Assembly (NCBI GenBank): GCA_044344255.1
Contig: JBIJDH010000022.1
Span: forward strand, 1 to 64,000
DNA from: Myxococcota bacterium
GTDB lineage: Bacteria; Myxococcota_A; UBA796; UBA2385
DNA: 64,000 nt
Reading direction: 5' to 3'
The first letter of the stretch is position 1. Each line of letters starts with the position of its first letter. Shown one piece after another: positions 30,184 through 39,615 of the stretch. The notes under the pieces are model-generated. The model was not told where the DNA came from. It saw only the letters and a program-made list of their open reading frames with translations, and did not search any database. The position numbers and the translations under genes were made by a program.

Positions 30184-33084
30184 GTGAAGCCGCCTCGTCC
30201 CTCGAACATCCTCCCCACGCTCCTCCTGTGCCTGACGCAGGCCAGCCTGCTGAGCCTGACCCAGGCCTGCGGGGGCGAAGGCGCCTCGGGCAAGGTCGGC
30301 GGCGCCGACAGCGCACCGACGGAGGGCGAGGGCGAAGGGGAGGGCGAGGGCGAGGGGGAGGGCGAGGGGGAGGGAGCAGACCCCTGCGCCGCCGGAGAGC
30401 GCGTGCTCGACCACGCCTGCGCCCCCTGCGACCCCGGCACGGTCAACGAGGCGGGAGACGAGCCCGACGGCCCCGACACCACCTGCGATCCCTGCGCGGC
30501 CGGCACCTACGAAGACGCGGGCGCCTGCTCGCCCTGCGAGGCCGACTGGGGCTCGACCGCAGGGGCCACCGCCTGCACCTTGACGGCCGGGACCCCGACG
30601 CTCAGCGCCCAGGACTACGGCTTCCTGTTCTGGCCGGGCAATCACTGGACCACCTGGGGAACGTATACAAACATCCAGCAGATCCAGACTGGATATTACG
30701 GGCTCTCCTTCGACGTCTCGACCGGTGACCTCGTGCAGCTCGGCGCCGCCACCGAGGCGCTCTCGGTCGAGGAGGCCCTCCAGTCCGACGGAGCGGTGAT
30801 CTCCGCCCTCCCCGCAGCGAGCGTGCGCTACTCGGTCGTCACCGACGGGGTCGAGGTCGTCGCCGACGGCTTCTTCAGCGCGACCGGCAGCACCACCAAC
30901 CCCTCCGAGCTCACCGACATGGGGCGCTTCATGCAGCGGGTGGAGATCCCGCTCATCACCTACAGTGACGCTCCGGGGCTCACCGGCAGCCTGCAGCTCG
31001 CCGCGATGCCCCGGCACTTCGTTCTCACCCACCGCAGCATCACCTCCGGAGCGCCGAGCACCCTCTCGGTCACCCTCCAGCTCAGCGGCGAGGCGCTGTC
31101 CCCCTTCACTGAGACCGAGTGGCTGGAGGGCGGCCGGGCGGTCCACGTCCACGACGGGGCCGGCGACGGCTGGACCTTCATCATCCCGGAGGAGGACGGC
31201 GCCACCCCCGACCTCTCCCGAGACGCCGAGGGCGGGCTCCTCTTCCAGCGCAGCCTTGACCACCCCGCCGTGGGGGCCGAGCTGAGCCTGTCGGTCATCG
31301 CCGTGCCGGACGACGCGGCAGACGAAGAACAGCGCTCTGTCTGGCTCCGCCCCGGTGAGACTGTCCACGTCGCCGCCGCCCAGCTCCAACGGGACGGCAG
31401 CGGGGGGGAGACCCTGGTCGACGCCACCTTCGATCCGGAGCGAGGGCTCTATCTCATCCCCCTCTCCGATCTCTCCCGGGTCGGCGCGCCCGCCAGCGCC
31501 GACTGGACCGAACCCTCCAACCACACCTGGTACAATCGGCACCGCCTCGTCCTGGAGAACACCAACAGCGGCCCGGTCTCGATCCCGCTGGCCTTCGAGG
31601 GCGGCAACAACGCGGCCTTCTACATCGTCGGCGGGAGCCCGGTCTTCCGCGACACCGACGGAGAGCCCACCGGCGCCCCCGTGCAGATCTCCAAGAACTG
31701 GCACGAGTCCCCCTATTGGTACCACCTCTACAGCACGCTCTTGACCGAGAGCGGCACCCAGGAGCTCGAGCTCACCTTCGCCCACTCGAAGTGGGGGAGC
31801 GCCTACGCGGTCGCGCACGCCCAGCTCTGCCTCGTCGGCTGGGGCGTGAACCAGCAGTGGGATGAGTCCTCGCTCGGCGCCTTCGGGGAGTCCATCACCT
31901 ACGACCCCGACCTCACGCTCGGGCGCTCGATGGTCGACGACGTCCGCCCCTTCCTCGTCAACGCCGGCAGCGAGTGGGGGTGGACCGGGAACGTCGGCGG
32001 GGCCAACTTCCTCGTCTATGACGGAGAGGAGACGGACTCCCGCCCGGAACACCAGCTCTCCCGCCTCCGGACCCACTACGCCTACACAGGCCCGAACCTC
32101 ACCGACGTACGCTACGCCGGCGTCACCCGAGACGGCAAGATCGAGGCCGAGATCTCCACTCAGCTTGGCCGGACCGACGATCTGGTGCGGGTGTACTATC
32201 ACCTTCGAACCACCTTCCTCGAAGACGTCGCCTACGATCGGCTCGCCCTCTTCCAGATGGCCGCCGACCGGTACGCCGACAACGGCTTCACCCGTTACGC
32301 CTACGGCAATGAAGCCGGGGCCGTGCTCGACGAGGCCATCCCCGACCACAAGACCACCGGCTACGCCGCCGAGGCCGACCGCGCGATCCCCCTCTCGGGC
32401 GACGCCCCCTGGGTGTTCCTCTACGCAAACGAGCGCGTGGAGAGCTCCCTCCCGGAGCGCCTCGCCAACGTCGGCTTCGTGGTGCGGGCCTATGAGGCCA
32501 ACATCGGCGGTGTGATCACCACCTCGCCCGTCATCAACCTGATGCGCACCTACAACGGAGGCTGGTCGCAGGTCTCCTTCGAGCTCGGCCTACCCGAAGA
32601 CCCGAGCGCGCGGGTCATCCCAGCGGGGAGCGTCGTGACGGCGACCCTCGAGTACCTCGTGATCCCCTCCGACAAGGACGCCTACTACGGCGAGAGCGAC
32701 CACCTGCTCGCGACCCCCGCCGAGGACTACGACACGACCGAGATGATGCGCGCGCTGGCCGAAGGCAATCGCCTCACCGTGAGCGCGACGGTGGGCACCC
32801 TCACGCGCAGCCAGCCCGTCGAGATCACCGCGGCGGAGGGCGCGACCGCCGCCGAGCTCACCCTCCAGGGCGGTCTCGGCTACACCCCGCTCACCTTCCA
32901 CGGCCTCGTCCGCCCCGACGGCTGGCGCCTCGAACAGGAGGTCGAGGGCGCGTGGGAGCGGGTCGACCAGTCGGTCGAGGGTAACGACTATTGGCAGTCC
33001 TACGAGGACGCCTCCGCTGGCACCTGGGACCTCGTGTTCAACGTCCACAACGAGGGCGAGCGGCGGTTCCGGCTGGTGCGCTGA
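30184..33084 (+). CDS. Large lipoprotein: (GE)n linker, Cys-rich repeats and an uncharacterised domain
   Basis: GTG 30184; LTQAC; EGEGEG tract; CAPCDPGT / CDPCAAGTY / CSPC repeats; about 800-aa aromatic-rich body. Confidence 0.75.
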   Translation: MKPPRPSNILPTLLLCLTQASLLSLTQACGGEGASGKVGGADSAPTEGEGEGEGEGEGEGEGEGADPCAAGERVLDHACAPCDPGTVNEAGDEPDGPDTTCDPCAAGTYEDAGACSPCEADWGSTAGATACTLTAGTPTLSAQDYGFLFWPGNHWTTWGTYTNIQQIQTGYYGLSFDVSTGDLVQLGAATEALSVEEALQSDGAVISALPAASVRYSVVTDGVEVVADGFFSATGSTTNPSELTDMGRFMQRVEIPLITYSDAPGLTGSLQLAAMPRHFVLTHRSITSGAPSTLSVTLQLSGEALSPFTETEWLEGGRAVHVHDGAGDGWTFIIPEEDGATPDLSRDAEGGLLFQRSLDHPAVGAELSLSVIAVPDDAADEEQRSVWLRPGETVHVAAAQLQRDGSGGETLVDATFDPERGLYLIPLSDLSRVGAPASADWTEPSNHTWYNRHRLVLENTNSGPVSIPLAFEGGNNAAFYIVGGSPVFRDTDGEPTGAPVQISKNWHESPYWYHLYSTLLTESGTQELELTFAHSKWGSAYAVAHAQLCLVGWGVNQQWDESSLGAFGESITYDPDLTLGRSMVDDVRPFLVNAGSEWGWTGNVGGANFLVYDGEETDSRPEHQLSRLRTHYAYTGPNLTDVRYAGVTRDGKIEAEISTQLGRTDDLVRVYYHLRTTFLEDVAYDRLALFQMAADRYADNGFTRYAYGNEAGAVLDEAIPDHKTTGYAAEADRAIPLSGDAPWVFLYANERVESSLPERLANVGFVVRAYEANIGGVITTSPVINLMRTYNGGWSQVSFELGLPEDPSARVIPAGSVVTATLEYLVIPSDKDAYYGESDHLLATPAEDYDTTEMMRALAEGNRLTVSATVGTLTRSQPVEITAAEGATAAELTLQGGLGYTPLTFHGLVRPDGWRLEQEVEGAWERVDQSVEGNDYWQSYEDASAGTWDLVFNVHNEGERRFRLVR

Positions 33085-33129
33085 CCGGCCGCGTTCGAGC
33101 GCCGCTCAGGCCCGGAGGGTGTCGCCCCC

Positions 33130-33280
33130 ACCGGGCGCGAGAGCGTGCTCCCCACCATCGTCCAGACCGGGGTCGCGTTGTAGCCCTCGCCCTGGAGGGC
33201 GGCCCCCATGGTCTGTCGGCCCATCCGAGAGACAAACCAAGCCACGTCCGCCCGCCACTGCCGCCACCGCACCTTCGAGC
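33130..33280 (-). pseudogene. Possible remnant of a membrane glycosyltransferase-like gene
   Basis: Peptide RWRQWRADVAWFVSRMG...GYNATPVWTMVG looks protein-like but has no start or body of its own. The family assignment is from memory. Confidence 0.3.
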
Positions 33281-33291
33281 GCCGCGGCGGC

Positions 33292-34329
33292 TCAGCCCCG
33301 CCCGGCCGCCGCCTCCACCGCCGCCGCGAGGCCCCGGTTGACCGACTTGTAATGAGCCACCCGCACGTCGAGGTCGAGGCCCGCGGCGCGGGAGAGGGCG
33401 CGGCCGATCGCGTCGGTGATCCAGGCGCTGTCGTTGCCGAAGGCGCCGCCGCCGAGGAAGGTGAGCCAGACCCGACCGCTGCCTGCCCCCTCGGCCCGCT
33501 CGATCGCGGCGGCGAGCAGGGTGGCCTCATAGGCCCCCTCGAGCACGAGGCGGGCGAAGGGCTCCCAGAGGCCATTCGGCAATCCCGAGTAAGCGCAGGA
33601 CAGGGCCGAGCAGAAGGCCTGGCTGACCGACTGAGCCCGGTCGAGGGGCACGAAGCGGCTGGAGAAGGTGACGCCCACCCCCGTCTGGAGGCCGATCTCC
33701 AACGCGCCCATCAGGGTCTCCCGGGCGGCAGGGTCGAGCGCCTCCAGGCGAGCCCGGAGCCGGGACAAGCGAGCCGCCGAGGAGAAGGTGTAGCCGTTCT
33801 TCGTGTCCCAGAGCGCAGGGACCTCGCCGAGCGCCGCCCGGAGGCCGTCTGTATTGTCGATCTGACGGTCTCTGCTCTGTCCGATCCCCCCCTTCACCGG
33901 GACGAAGAGGTGCCGATAGACCGTGGCCGCCGCCGCGGCGAGGGCGCAGGCGGGGCCCTGCGTGGGATCATGGGCGTAGCCGGTCACCCCGTCCTCCGGC
34001 ACCGTCGAGGGGCCCGGGAACTCCAGGCAGTTGAACTGAGAGGCCACCTGGAAGAGGGCGCCCTCGTTCTCGGGCAGCGCATGAAGCCCGAGCACGTCAC
34101 CCACGGCCTCGTGCCGGAGGCGCAGCCCGCGCCCGCGCCCGCGGGGGAGTGCGAGGGCGGCGGCGCCGGCGCGGAGCGAGGAGAGGGAGGGCGTCGAGAA
34201 GCGCCCCACGCGGAACGTGGCCCCGTTGACCCGGCTCTGGAGCTGGTCTCCCGAGAGCGCCAGCCGCGCACGGGTGGAGTCCGGGTCCTGCTCACTGAAG
34301 CCAAAGAGCTGCTCGAACCACATGGTCAC
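33292..34329 (-). CDS. Conserved hypothetical protein, possibly macrodomain-like
   Basis: LFQVASQFNCLE, DPTQGPAC, LTFLGGGAFGN. Confidence 0.65.
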   Translation of the reverse strand: MTMWFEQLFGFSEQDPDSTRARLALSGDQLQSRVNGATFRVGRFSTPSLSSLRAGAAALALPRGRGRGLRLRHEAVGDVLGLHALPENEGALFQVASQFNCLEFPGPSTVPEDGVTGYAHDPTQGPACALAAAAATVYRHLFVPVKGGIGQSRDRQIDNTDGLRAALGEVPALWDTKNGYTFSSAARLSRLRARLEALDPAARETLMGALEIGLQTGVGVTFSSRFVPLDRAQSVSQAFCSALSCAYSGLPNGLWEPFARLVLEGAYEATLLAAAIERAEGAGSGRVWLTFLGGGAFGNDSAWITDAIGRALSRAAGLDLDVRVAHYKSVNRGLAAAVEAAAGRG

Positions 34330-34401
34330 ACCCCCGCGCTCCGCCTAATCCGCGCGCGTCTCCGCCGGCGCGCGGCCGCGTCCGCCGACCCGTTGCACGA
34401 T

Positions 34402-34468
34402 GAAACAGGGCGAGTCTGAAACATGGTCCTGGAGACCTGCAACCCCCGACCCGTCGAAACAGGGCGAG
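34402..34468. promoter_or_regulatory. Candidate upstream activator sites
   Basis: Exact 13-bp direct repeat GAAACAGGGCGAG at 34402 and 34456, upstream of the sigma54 box. Confidence 0.45.
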
Positions 34469-34521
34469 GGGCAAACCTCAAGAGTGACCGATTAACCTGA
34501 ATTGACCCGCCCACCAAAGTC

Positions 34522-34537
34522 TGGCACGCCTCTTGCT
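34522..34537 (+). promoter_or_regulatory. Sigma54 -24/-12 promoter
   Basis: TGGCACG-CCTC-TTGCT matches TGGCACG-N4-TTGCW, about 50 bp before the rhodanese ATG. Confidence 0.85.
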
Positions 34538-34589
34538 AAAGGCCTCACCGTACCCGCTGAGCCCCTCAGCCCCCTCCCGTGGAGCCCCC

Positions 34590-35030
34590 ATGTCGAGCCC
34601 CCTCCTCCTCTCCCGTTCGGACGCCCAGCCGGCCGGGTTCCGTGACCTCAGCCCCCAGGCGGCCCTCCTCCACGCGCATGAGCTCCGCCTCATCGACGTG
34701 CGGGAGCCCGACGAGTTCGTCGGCCCTCTCGGGCACATCGAGGGCGCGGAGCTCGTGCCCCTCGCGACCCTCCCCGCCGCCGCCGCAGGCTGGGACAAGC
34801 GCGCGCCGGTGCTCCTGATCTGCCGCAGCGGCGCCCGCTCGGCCCGAGGCGCCGGCACGCTCGCCCAGCTCGGCTTCACCCAGCTCTTCAACCTCGTCGG
34901 CGGGATGCTCGCCTGGGACGCCAGCGCCCTGCCCCGCCACAGGGCCGACCCCAGCCCGGAGGGGCGCCCCGTCCCTTCGCCCGACGACACGATGAAACCG
35001 GCTGCAACACGCAGCGTCGGACCGAGCTGA
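34590..35030 (+). CDS. Rhodanese-domain protein
   Basis: LIDVREPDEF, GHIEGA, CRSGARS, LVGGMLAW. Confidence 0.92.
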   Translation: MSSPLLLSRSDAQPAGFRDLSPQAALLHAHELRLIDVREPDEFVGPLGHIEGAELVPLATLPAAAAGWDKRAPVLLICRSGARSARGAGTLAQLGFTQLFNLVGGMLAWDASALPRHRADPSPEGRPVPSPDDTMKPAATRSVGPS

Positions 35031-35033
35031 ACC

Positions 35034-35774
35034 ATGATGCTCCTCGCCCTCGCGCTCTCCCTCCTCATCGGCGTCGCCCTCGGTCTCCTCGGCGGCGGGG
35101 GCTCGATCCTCACCACCCCGATCCTCATCTACGGCCTCGGCGTCGAGACCAAGGCCGCCATCGCCACCTCCCTGCTCGTGGTGGGCATCACCAGCGTCGC
35201 CGCGGTGATCCAGCACGCCCGCGCCGGCAACGTCGTCTGGCGCACCGGGCTCATCTTCGGCGGCGCAGGGATGGCGGGGGCCTACATCGGCGGCTTCATC
35301 GCCGGCTGGATCCCCGCGACCGTGCTCATGGTCCTCTTCGGCGGGATGATGCTGGCCACCGCTGGGGCGATGTTCCGAGGCCGTAAGGACTCGGGGCCGG
35401 GCACCGGAGAGGCCCAGGCCCTGTGGAAGGTCATCGGTGAGGGCCTCGTGGTGGGCGTGGTCACCGGCCTCGTCGGCGCGGGCGGCGGCTTCCTCGTCGT
35501 GCCTGCCCTGGCCCTCTTGGGCGGGCTCCCGATGAAGAAGGCGGTGGGCACCTCGCTCCTCGTCATCGCCCTCAAGAGCTTCGCCGGCTTCGCCGGGCAC
35601 GCCGCGCATGTCACCATCGACTACCAGCTCGCCGCCCTCGTCGCGACCTCTGCGGTGGCCGGCTCCTTCATCGGCAGCCGCCTCGCGGACCGCATCCCCG
35701 CCGAGCTGCTCAGGAAGGGCTTCGCCATCTTCGTGCTGGTGATGGCCGTCTTTGTGCTCTATCAACAGGCCTGA
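35034..35774 (+). CDS. TauE/SafE sulfite exporter
   Basis: GLLGGGGSIL and GLVGAGGGFLVVP; AVGTSL. Confidence 0.92.
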   Translation: MMLLALALSLLIGVALGLLGGGGSILTTPILIYGLGVETKAAIATSLLVVGITSVAAVIQHARAGNVVWRTGLIFGGAGMAGAYIGGFIAGWIPATVLMVLFGGMMLATAGAMFRGRKDSGPGTGEAQALWKVIGEGLVVGVVTGLVGAGGGFLVVPALALLGGLPMKKAVGTSLLVIALKSFAGFAGHAAHVTIDYQLAALVATSAVAGSFIGSRLADRIPAELLRKGFAIFVLVMAVFVLYQQA

Positions 35775-35864
35775 GCTATCCAAAGGCGCGCGACCGGGCG
35801 CCTTACAACACAGAACTTCCTCTCTCTTGTCATCGAACATGTCATCGAAATTCCGAGGTGAATC

Positions 35865-36299
35865 GTGTCTCCGGACTTCACGCCCCTCCTCTCCACCCTC
35901 GGCGGCGCGCTCATCGGGGCGTCAGCCTCGGCCATGCTGCTGGTCGAGGGCCGAGTGGCCGGTATCAGCGGCATCGTCGGCGGACTGTTCAGCCCCAAAG
36001 CTGGCGACATTGGTTGGCGGGTCGCCTTCCTGGCCGGCCTCGGCCTGGCCGGGCTCGGGGCGACCCTCCTCGCTCCGGCGCTCGTGGCGGTCGAGACCGA
36101 CCGGACGCCCGTAATGCTCGTCGCCGCCGGGCTCCTCGTGGGCGTGGGGACCCGAATCGGAAACGGCTGCACGAGCGGCCACGGCGTCTGCGGCCTCTCG
36201 CGGATGAGCCCCCGTTCCCTCGCGAGCGTGATCACCTTCATGACGGTGGGCGCCCTCGTCGCGGTCGCGGTCGGCCGGCTGATGGGAGGTGGAGCATGA
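35865..36299 (+). CDS. YeeE/YedE-family sulfur transporter subunit
   Basis: GRVAGISG; GTRIGNGCTSGHGVCG. Confidence 0.92.
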   Translation: MSPDFTPLLSTLGGALIGASASAMLLVEGRVAGISGIVGGLFSPKAGDIGWRVAFLAGLGLAGLGATLLAPALVAVETDRTPVMLVAAGLLVGVGTRIGNGCTSGHGVCGLSRMSPRSLASVITFMTVGALVAVAVGRLMGGGA

Positions 36300-36721
36300 A
36301 GAGCGTCTTGCTCTCCCTCGGGACGGGCCTCCTCTTCGGCGTCGGCCTCCTCCTGTCGGGGATGACCCAGCCGGCCAAGGTCGTGAACTTCCTCGACGTG
36401 CTCGGAGACTGGGATCCCTCCCTGGCCTTCGTGATGGGCGGCGCCATCGGGGTGCACTTTCTGGCCTATCGCCTCGTGCCCCGCCTTCAGCGGCCCGCCT
36501 GGGCCCCGACCTTCGCCATCCCCAGCCGACGGGACATCGACGCGCGGCTGATCGGCGGCGCCGCGCTCTTCGGGGCCGGCTGGGGCCTCGGGGGCTACTG
36601 CCCGGGGCCCGCCCTCACCTCCGCCGTGAGCGGCGCCTCCTCCACCCTGATCTTCACCGGCGCGATGTTGGTGGGGATGTGGGTCCACTCCCTCTGGGAG
36701 ACCGCGAAGGCCCGCTCCTGA
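36296..36721 (+). CDS. YeeE/YedE-family partner subunit
   Basis: SGMTQPAKVVNFLD, WDPSLAFVM, GWGLGGYCPGP; ATGA overlap with the upstream gene. Confidence 0.9.
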   Translation: MKSVLLSLGTGLLFGVGLLLSGMTQPAKVVNFLDVLGDWDPSLAFVMGGAIGVHFLAYRLVPRLQRPAWAPTFAIPSRRDIDARLIGGAALFGAGWGLGGYCPGPALTSAVSGASSTLIFTGAMLVGMWVHSLWETAKARS

Positions 36722-36794
36722 CCGGCAGTTCGCGCCCCCTACCCGCGCACCTCTCCACCCCTCTCGGACCGCGGCTGACGCGACCGGAGCCCCC

Positions 36795-37334
36795 GTGAAC
36801 ATCCGCACCATCCTCGTCCCCGTCGATTTCTCCACCTGCTCGATGCTGGTCACGAAGCAGGCGGCCGGGCTCGCCGTCCGCCTCGGAGCCCGCCTGGTGA
36901 TCCTGCACGTCGCCGAGCTCCCGCCCGGCCTCCGCCGCACCACCCCCGTCCACCCCGATGGCCTCGACCGGACCGCCGCCGAATACCTCACCGAGGACTC
37001 CACCAACCGGCTCGGGGAGTTCGCCCTGGCCGCCCGCGCCCTCGGCGCCGAGGCCGAGGTGGCGGTGGCGCTCGGTCCCATCGTGCCCACGATCCTCACC
37101 GCGACCGCCTCCCACGCCGCAGACCTCATCATCATCGGCACGCACGGGCGCACGGGCCTCGCCCGCGTCGTGCTCGGCAGCGTGGCCGAGGGGGTCGCCC
37201 ACGGGGCCCACGTCCCGGTCATGCTGGTACGCCGGGAATCCCGCCCCGAGTGCGCCCGGGAGAGCTGCGAGTGGTGCCCCCATCAGGGGCGGAGCCCGGC
37301 CGAAGAGCGCATCGACGCGGAGTCTCAGGGCTGA
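36795..37334 (+). CDS. Universal stress protein
   Basis: ILVPVDFS; DLIIIGTHGRTGLARVVLGSVAE; C-terminal CARESCEWC. Confidence 0.9.
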   Translation: MNIRTILVPVDFSTCSMLVTKQAAGLAVRLGARLVILHVAELPPGLRRTTPVHPDGLDRTAAEYLTEDSTNRLGEFALAARALGAEAEVAVALGPIVPTILTATASHAADLIIIGTHGRTGLARVVLGSVAEGVAHGAHVPVMLVRRESRPECARESCEWCPHQGRSPAEERIDAESQG

Positions 37335-37371
37335 CCTCTCGAAAGGGGTCGTGAGGCAGACTCCCCGCCGC

Positions 37372-37409
37372 GCCCGCGGTCTGGTAGGATGCCCGCGGTC
37401 TGGTAAGAT
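37372..37409. repeat. 19-bp tandem duplication in a promoter region
   Basis: GCCCGCGGTCTGGTAGGAT / GCCCGCGGTCTGGTAAGAT. Confidence 0.8.
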
Positions 37410-37438
37410 GGCTGTAAGAGCGAGGTAAGCGGATCAAC

Positions 37439-38023
37439 GTGGCTGCCACCAATCGAAGAACTGTGTTGGCAGGCCTGTTCGGGGGCTGCGCGCTCATCGC
37501 TGCCGGGGGCGGCTACGTTTGGTACAACGTCGGCTACGAGGCTGACCCGGAGGACCACCTCCTCATCCTCGACGCCAAGGAGGCCCTCGTCCTCCGTGCC
37601 CTCTTCGAGGTCCTGATGCCAAAGGGCTCCGACCTCCCCACGCCCAAGGGCATGAAGCTGATGGACCGCTTTGACGAGCTGGTCTGGTCGGCGAGCGACG
37701 AAGAGCGGGCCGACTTCCAGGGCGCGCTCTCGATCATCGAGCACGCTCCCCCTCGTTACGGTCAGCTCCACCGCCTGAGCGGGTTGAGCATCGCCGATCG
37801 CGGCCGCTTCCTGGGCCGGGTGCTCGCCGGAGACCACGGCGACCACATCCGGGCATTGACGGGCATCAAGCAGCTCTGCTACCGGTTCACCTACGGCCAC
37901 CCCAACGCCTGGACCCCCATCGGCTACGACGGGCCGTGGGTGCTGGAGGCGGTGCCGCACCCCTCTCGTGGGGCCTACGAGGCCGCGAAGGCAGAATTGG
38001 CAAAGAAGTCGGAGAAGACGTGA
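37439..38023 (+). CDS. Gluconate 2-dehydrogenase subunit-3-like Tat protein
   Basis: TNRRTVL twin-arginine motif; YGHPNAWTPIGYDGP; overlaps the GMC gene start. Confidence 0.75.
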   Translation: MAATNRRTVLAGLFGGCALIAAGGGYVWYNVGYEADPEDHLLILDAKEALVLRALFEVLMPKGSDLPTPKGMKLMDRFDELVWSASDEERADFQGALSIIEHAPPRYGQLHRLSGLSIADRGRFLGRVLAGDHGDHIRALTGIKQLCYRFTYGHPNAWTPIGYDGPWVLEAVPHPSRGAYEAAKAELAKKSEKT

Positions 38024-39609
38024 TCTTCCAAGCGCGCGACATGCTGGCCGCGGTGGCGAACGGCGTCCTCGAAGACCGATGCCAGGTCTGCATCGTCGGC
38101 AGCGGCTGTGGCGGCGCCACCGTCGCTCGCCGCCTCGCCGAGCGGGGCATCGAGGTGATGATCCTCGAGCAGGGCGGGTGCTGGGTCCCCAACCAGGACT
38201 TCGACCAGCGCGAGCTCAACATGATCCCGCGCCTGAGCGGCGGTCGGGGCGTCGAAGAGAGCGACGACCGCTCGGTCACGCTCGCGTACGGGCAAAACCT
38301 CGGCGGCGCCTCGGTCCAATATCGGGCCAACTCCTACCGCACGCCCATCGACCGCCTCGAGCTGTGGGCCTCGAAGTACGGGCTCCAAGGCCACGGGCTC
38401 GACGACCTCGGGCCCTTGTTCACCCGCCTCGAGGCCGAGCTGTCCATCCAACCCGCGGGCGATGAGCTCGTCAACCCGATGAACGCCCGCGTGCGCGACG
38501 CCGCCACCCGCCTCGGCTGGACGGTCGGCCGGGTGCCGCAGGCCCGCACAAACTGTAGCAAGTGCGGGTATTGTTCAGAGGGCTGCGCCTACGACGCCAA
38601 ACAGAGCATGCTCGTGACCGCGCTCCCCGCCGCGATGGCCGCTGGGGCGCGGATCTACACCGACTGTAGGGCCAAGCAGATCACGCGCGAGCGCGGCCGG
38701 GTCAAACACCTCCTGGTCGACATCATGGACCGGGCCACCGGCCGCCCGACGGGCCTCAGCTTCCGCGTCGACGCCCAGGTCTTCGTGATCGCCGGCGGGG
38801 GCTACGGCAGCCCCACCTTCCTGCTCTCTCAGGGCTTCAAGGACGAGCTCCCCGAGCTCGGTCGCCACTTCTTCTGCAACCCGAGCCCCTCTGTCCACGC
38901 GATCTTCCCCGAAGACACAGAACAGTGGCGCAACATCCCCAGCGCCTGGGGGGTCGAGGAATTCCGCCTCTCCCGTCACGACAGCCGAGGCGAAGAAGAC
39001 TCCCCCTTCTTCGGCAAGAAGGGCGAGTACGTCGAAGGGGGCTATCTCATGATGGCCAACCAGCTCCACCCCGCCGCCTTCGCGTCTGTCCTCCCCGGCT
39101 TCGGCGACGAGCACGCCCGCCTGATGTCCCAGTACCGCCGGCTCGGCGGCACCATCGCCTGGATCGACGACGCCGAGGAGGGCACCATCGAGTGGGTTGA
39201 GGGCGCCCGCAAGATCACGGTCCCGCTCACCGGCGGGAACGAGCGGCGCATCCGGGACGCCTACCGCAAGCAGGCCCAGCTGCTGCTCTCGGCGGGCGCG
39301 ATCGAGGTGATCTTCGGCGACGCCAAGGACACCCGCGTCCGCGTGGCGGCCGACGTAGACGACGCCGTGGACGCCCTCGACCTCCGCCCCGGCCGCAACC
39401 TGCTGTCCGCCCCGCACCCCGGCGGCGCCTGCCGGATGGGCACGGACGCCTCAAACTCGGTGGTGGGCCTCGACAACCGGGTCCACGGCTTCGAAAACCT
39501 CTACGTCACCGACTCCAGCGTCTTCCCCACCGGGCCGAGCGTCGATCCGAGCCTCACCATCATGGCCTTCAGCCACATCGCCGCAGGCTCGATCGCCAGC
39601 GCGCTCTGA
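38020..39609 (+). CDS. GMC-family oxidoreductase
   Basis: IVGSGCGG, CSKCGYCSEGC, HPGGACRMG, VTDSSVFPT. Confidence 0.92.
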   Translation: MIFQARDMLAAVANGVLEDRCQVCIVGSGCGGATVARRLAERGIEVMILEQGGCWVPNQDFDQRELNMIPRLSGGRGVEESDDRSVTLAYGQNLGGASVQYRANSYRTPIDRLELWASKYGLQGHGLDDLGPLFTRLEAELSIQPAGDELVNPMNARVRDAATRLGWTVGRVPQARTNCSKCGYCSEGCAYDAKQSMLVTALPAAMAAGARIYTDCRAKQITRERGRVKHLLVDIMDRATGRPTGLSFRVDAQVFVIAGGGYGSPTFLLSQGFKDELPELGRHFFCNPSPSVHAIFPEDTEQWRNIPSAWGVEEFRLSRHDSRGEEDSPFFGKKGEYVEGGYLMMANQLHPAAFASVLPGFGDEHARLMSQYRRLGGTIAWIDDAEEGTIEWVEGARKITVPLTGGNERRIRDAYRKQAQLLLSAGAIEVIFGDAKDTRVRVAADVDDAVDALDLRPGRNLLSAPHPGGACRMGTDASNSVVGLDNRVHGFENLYVTDSSVFPTGPSVDPSLTIMAFSHIAAGSIASAL

Positions 39610-39615
39610 GGGGGC

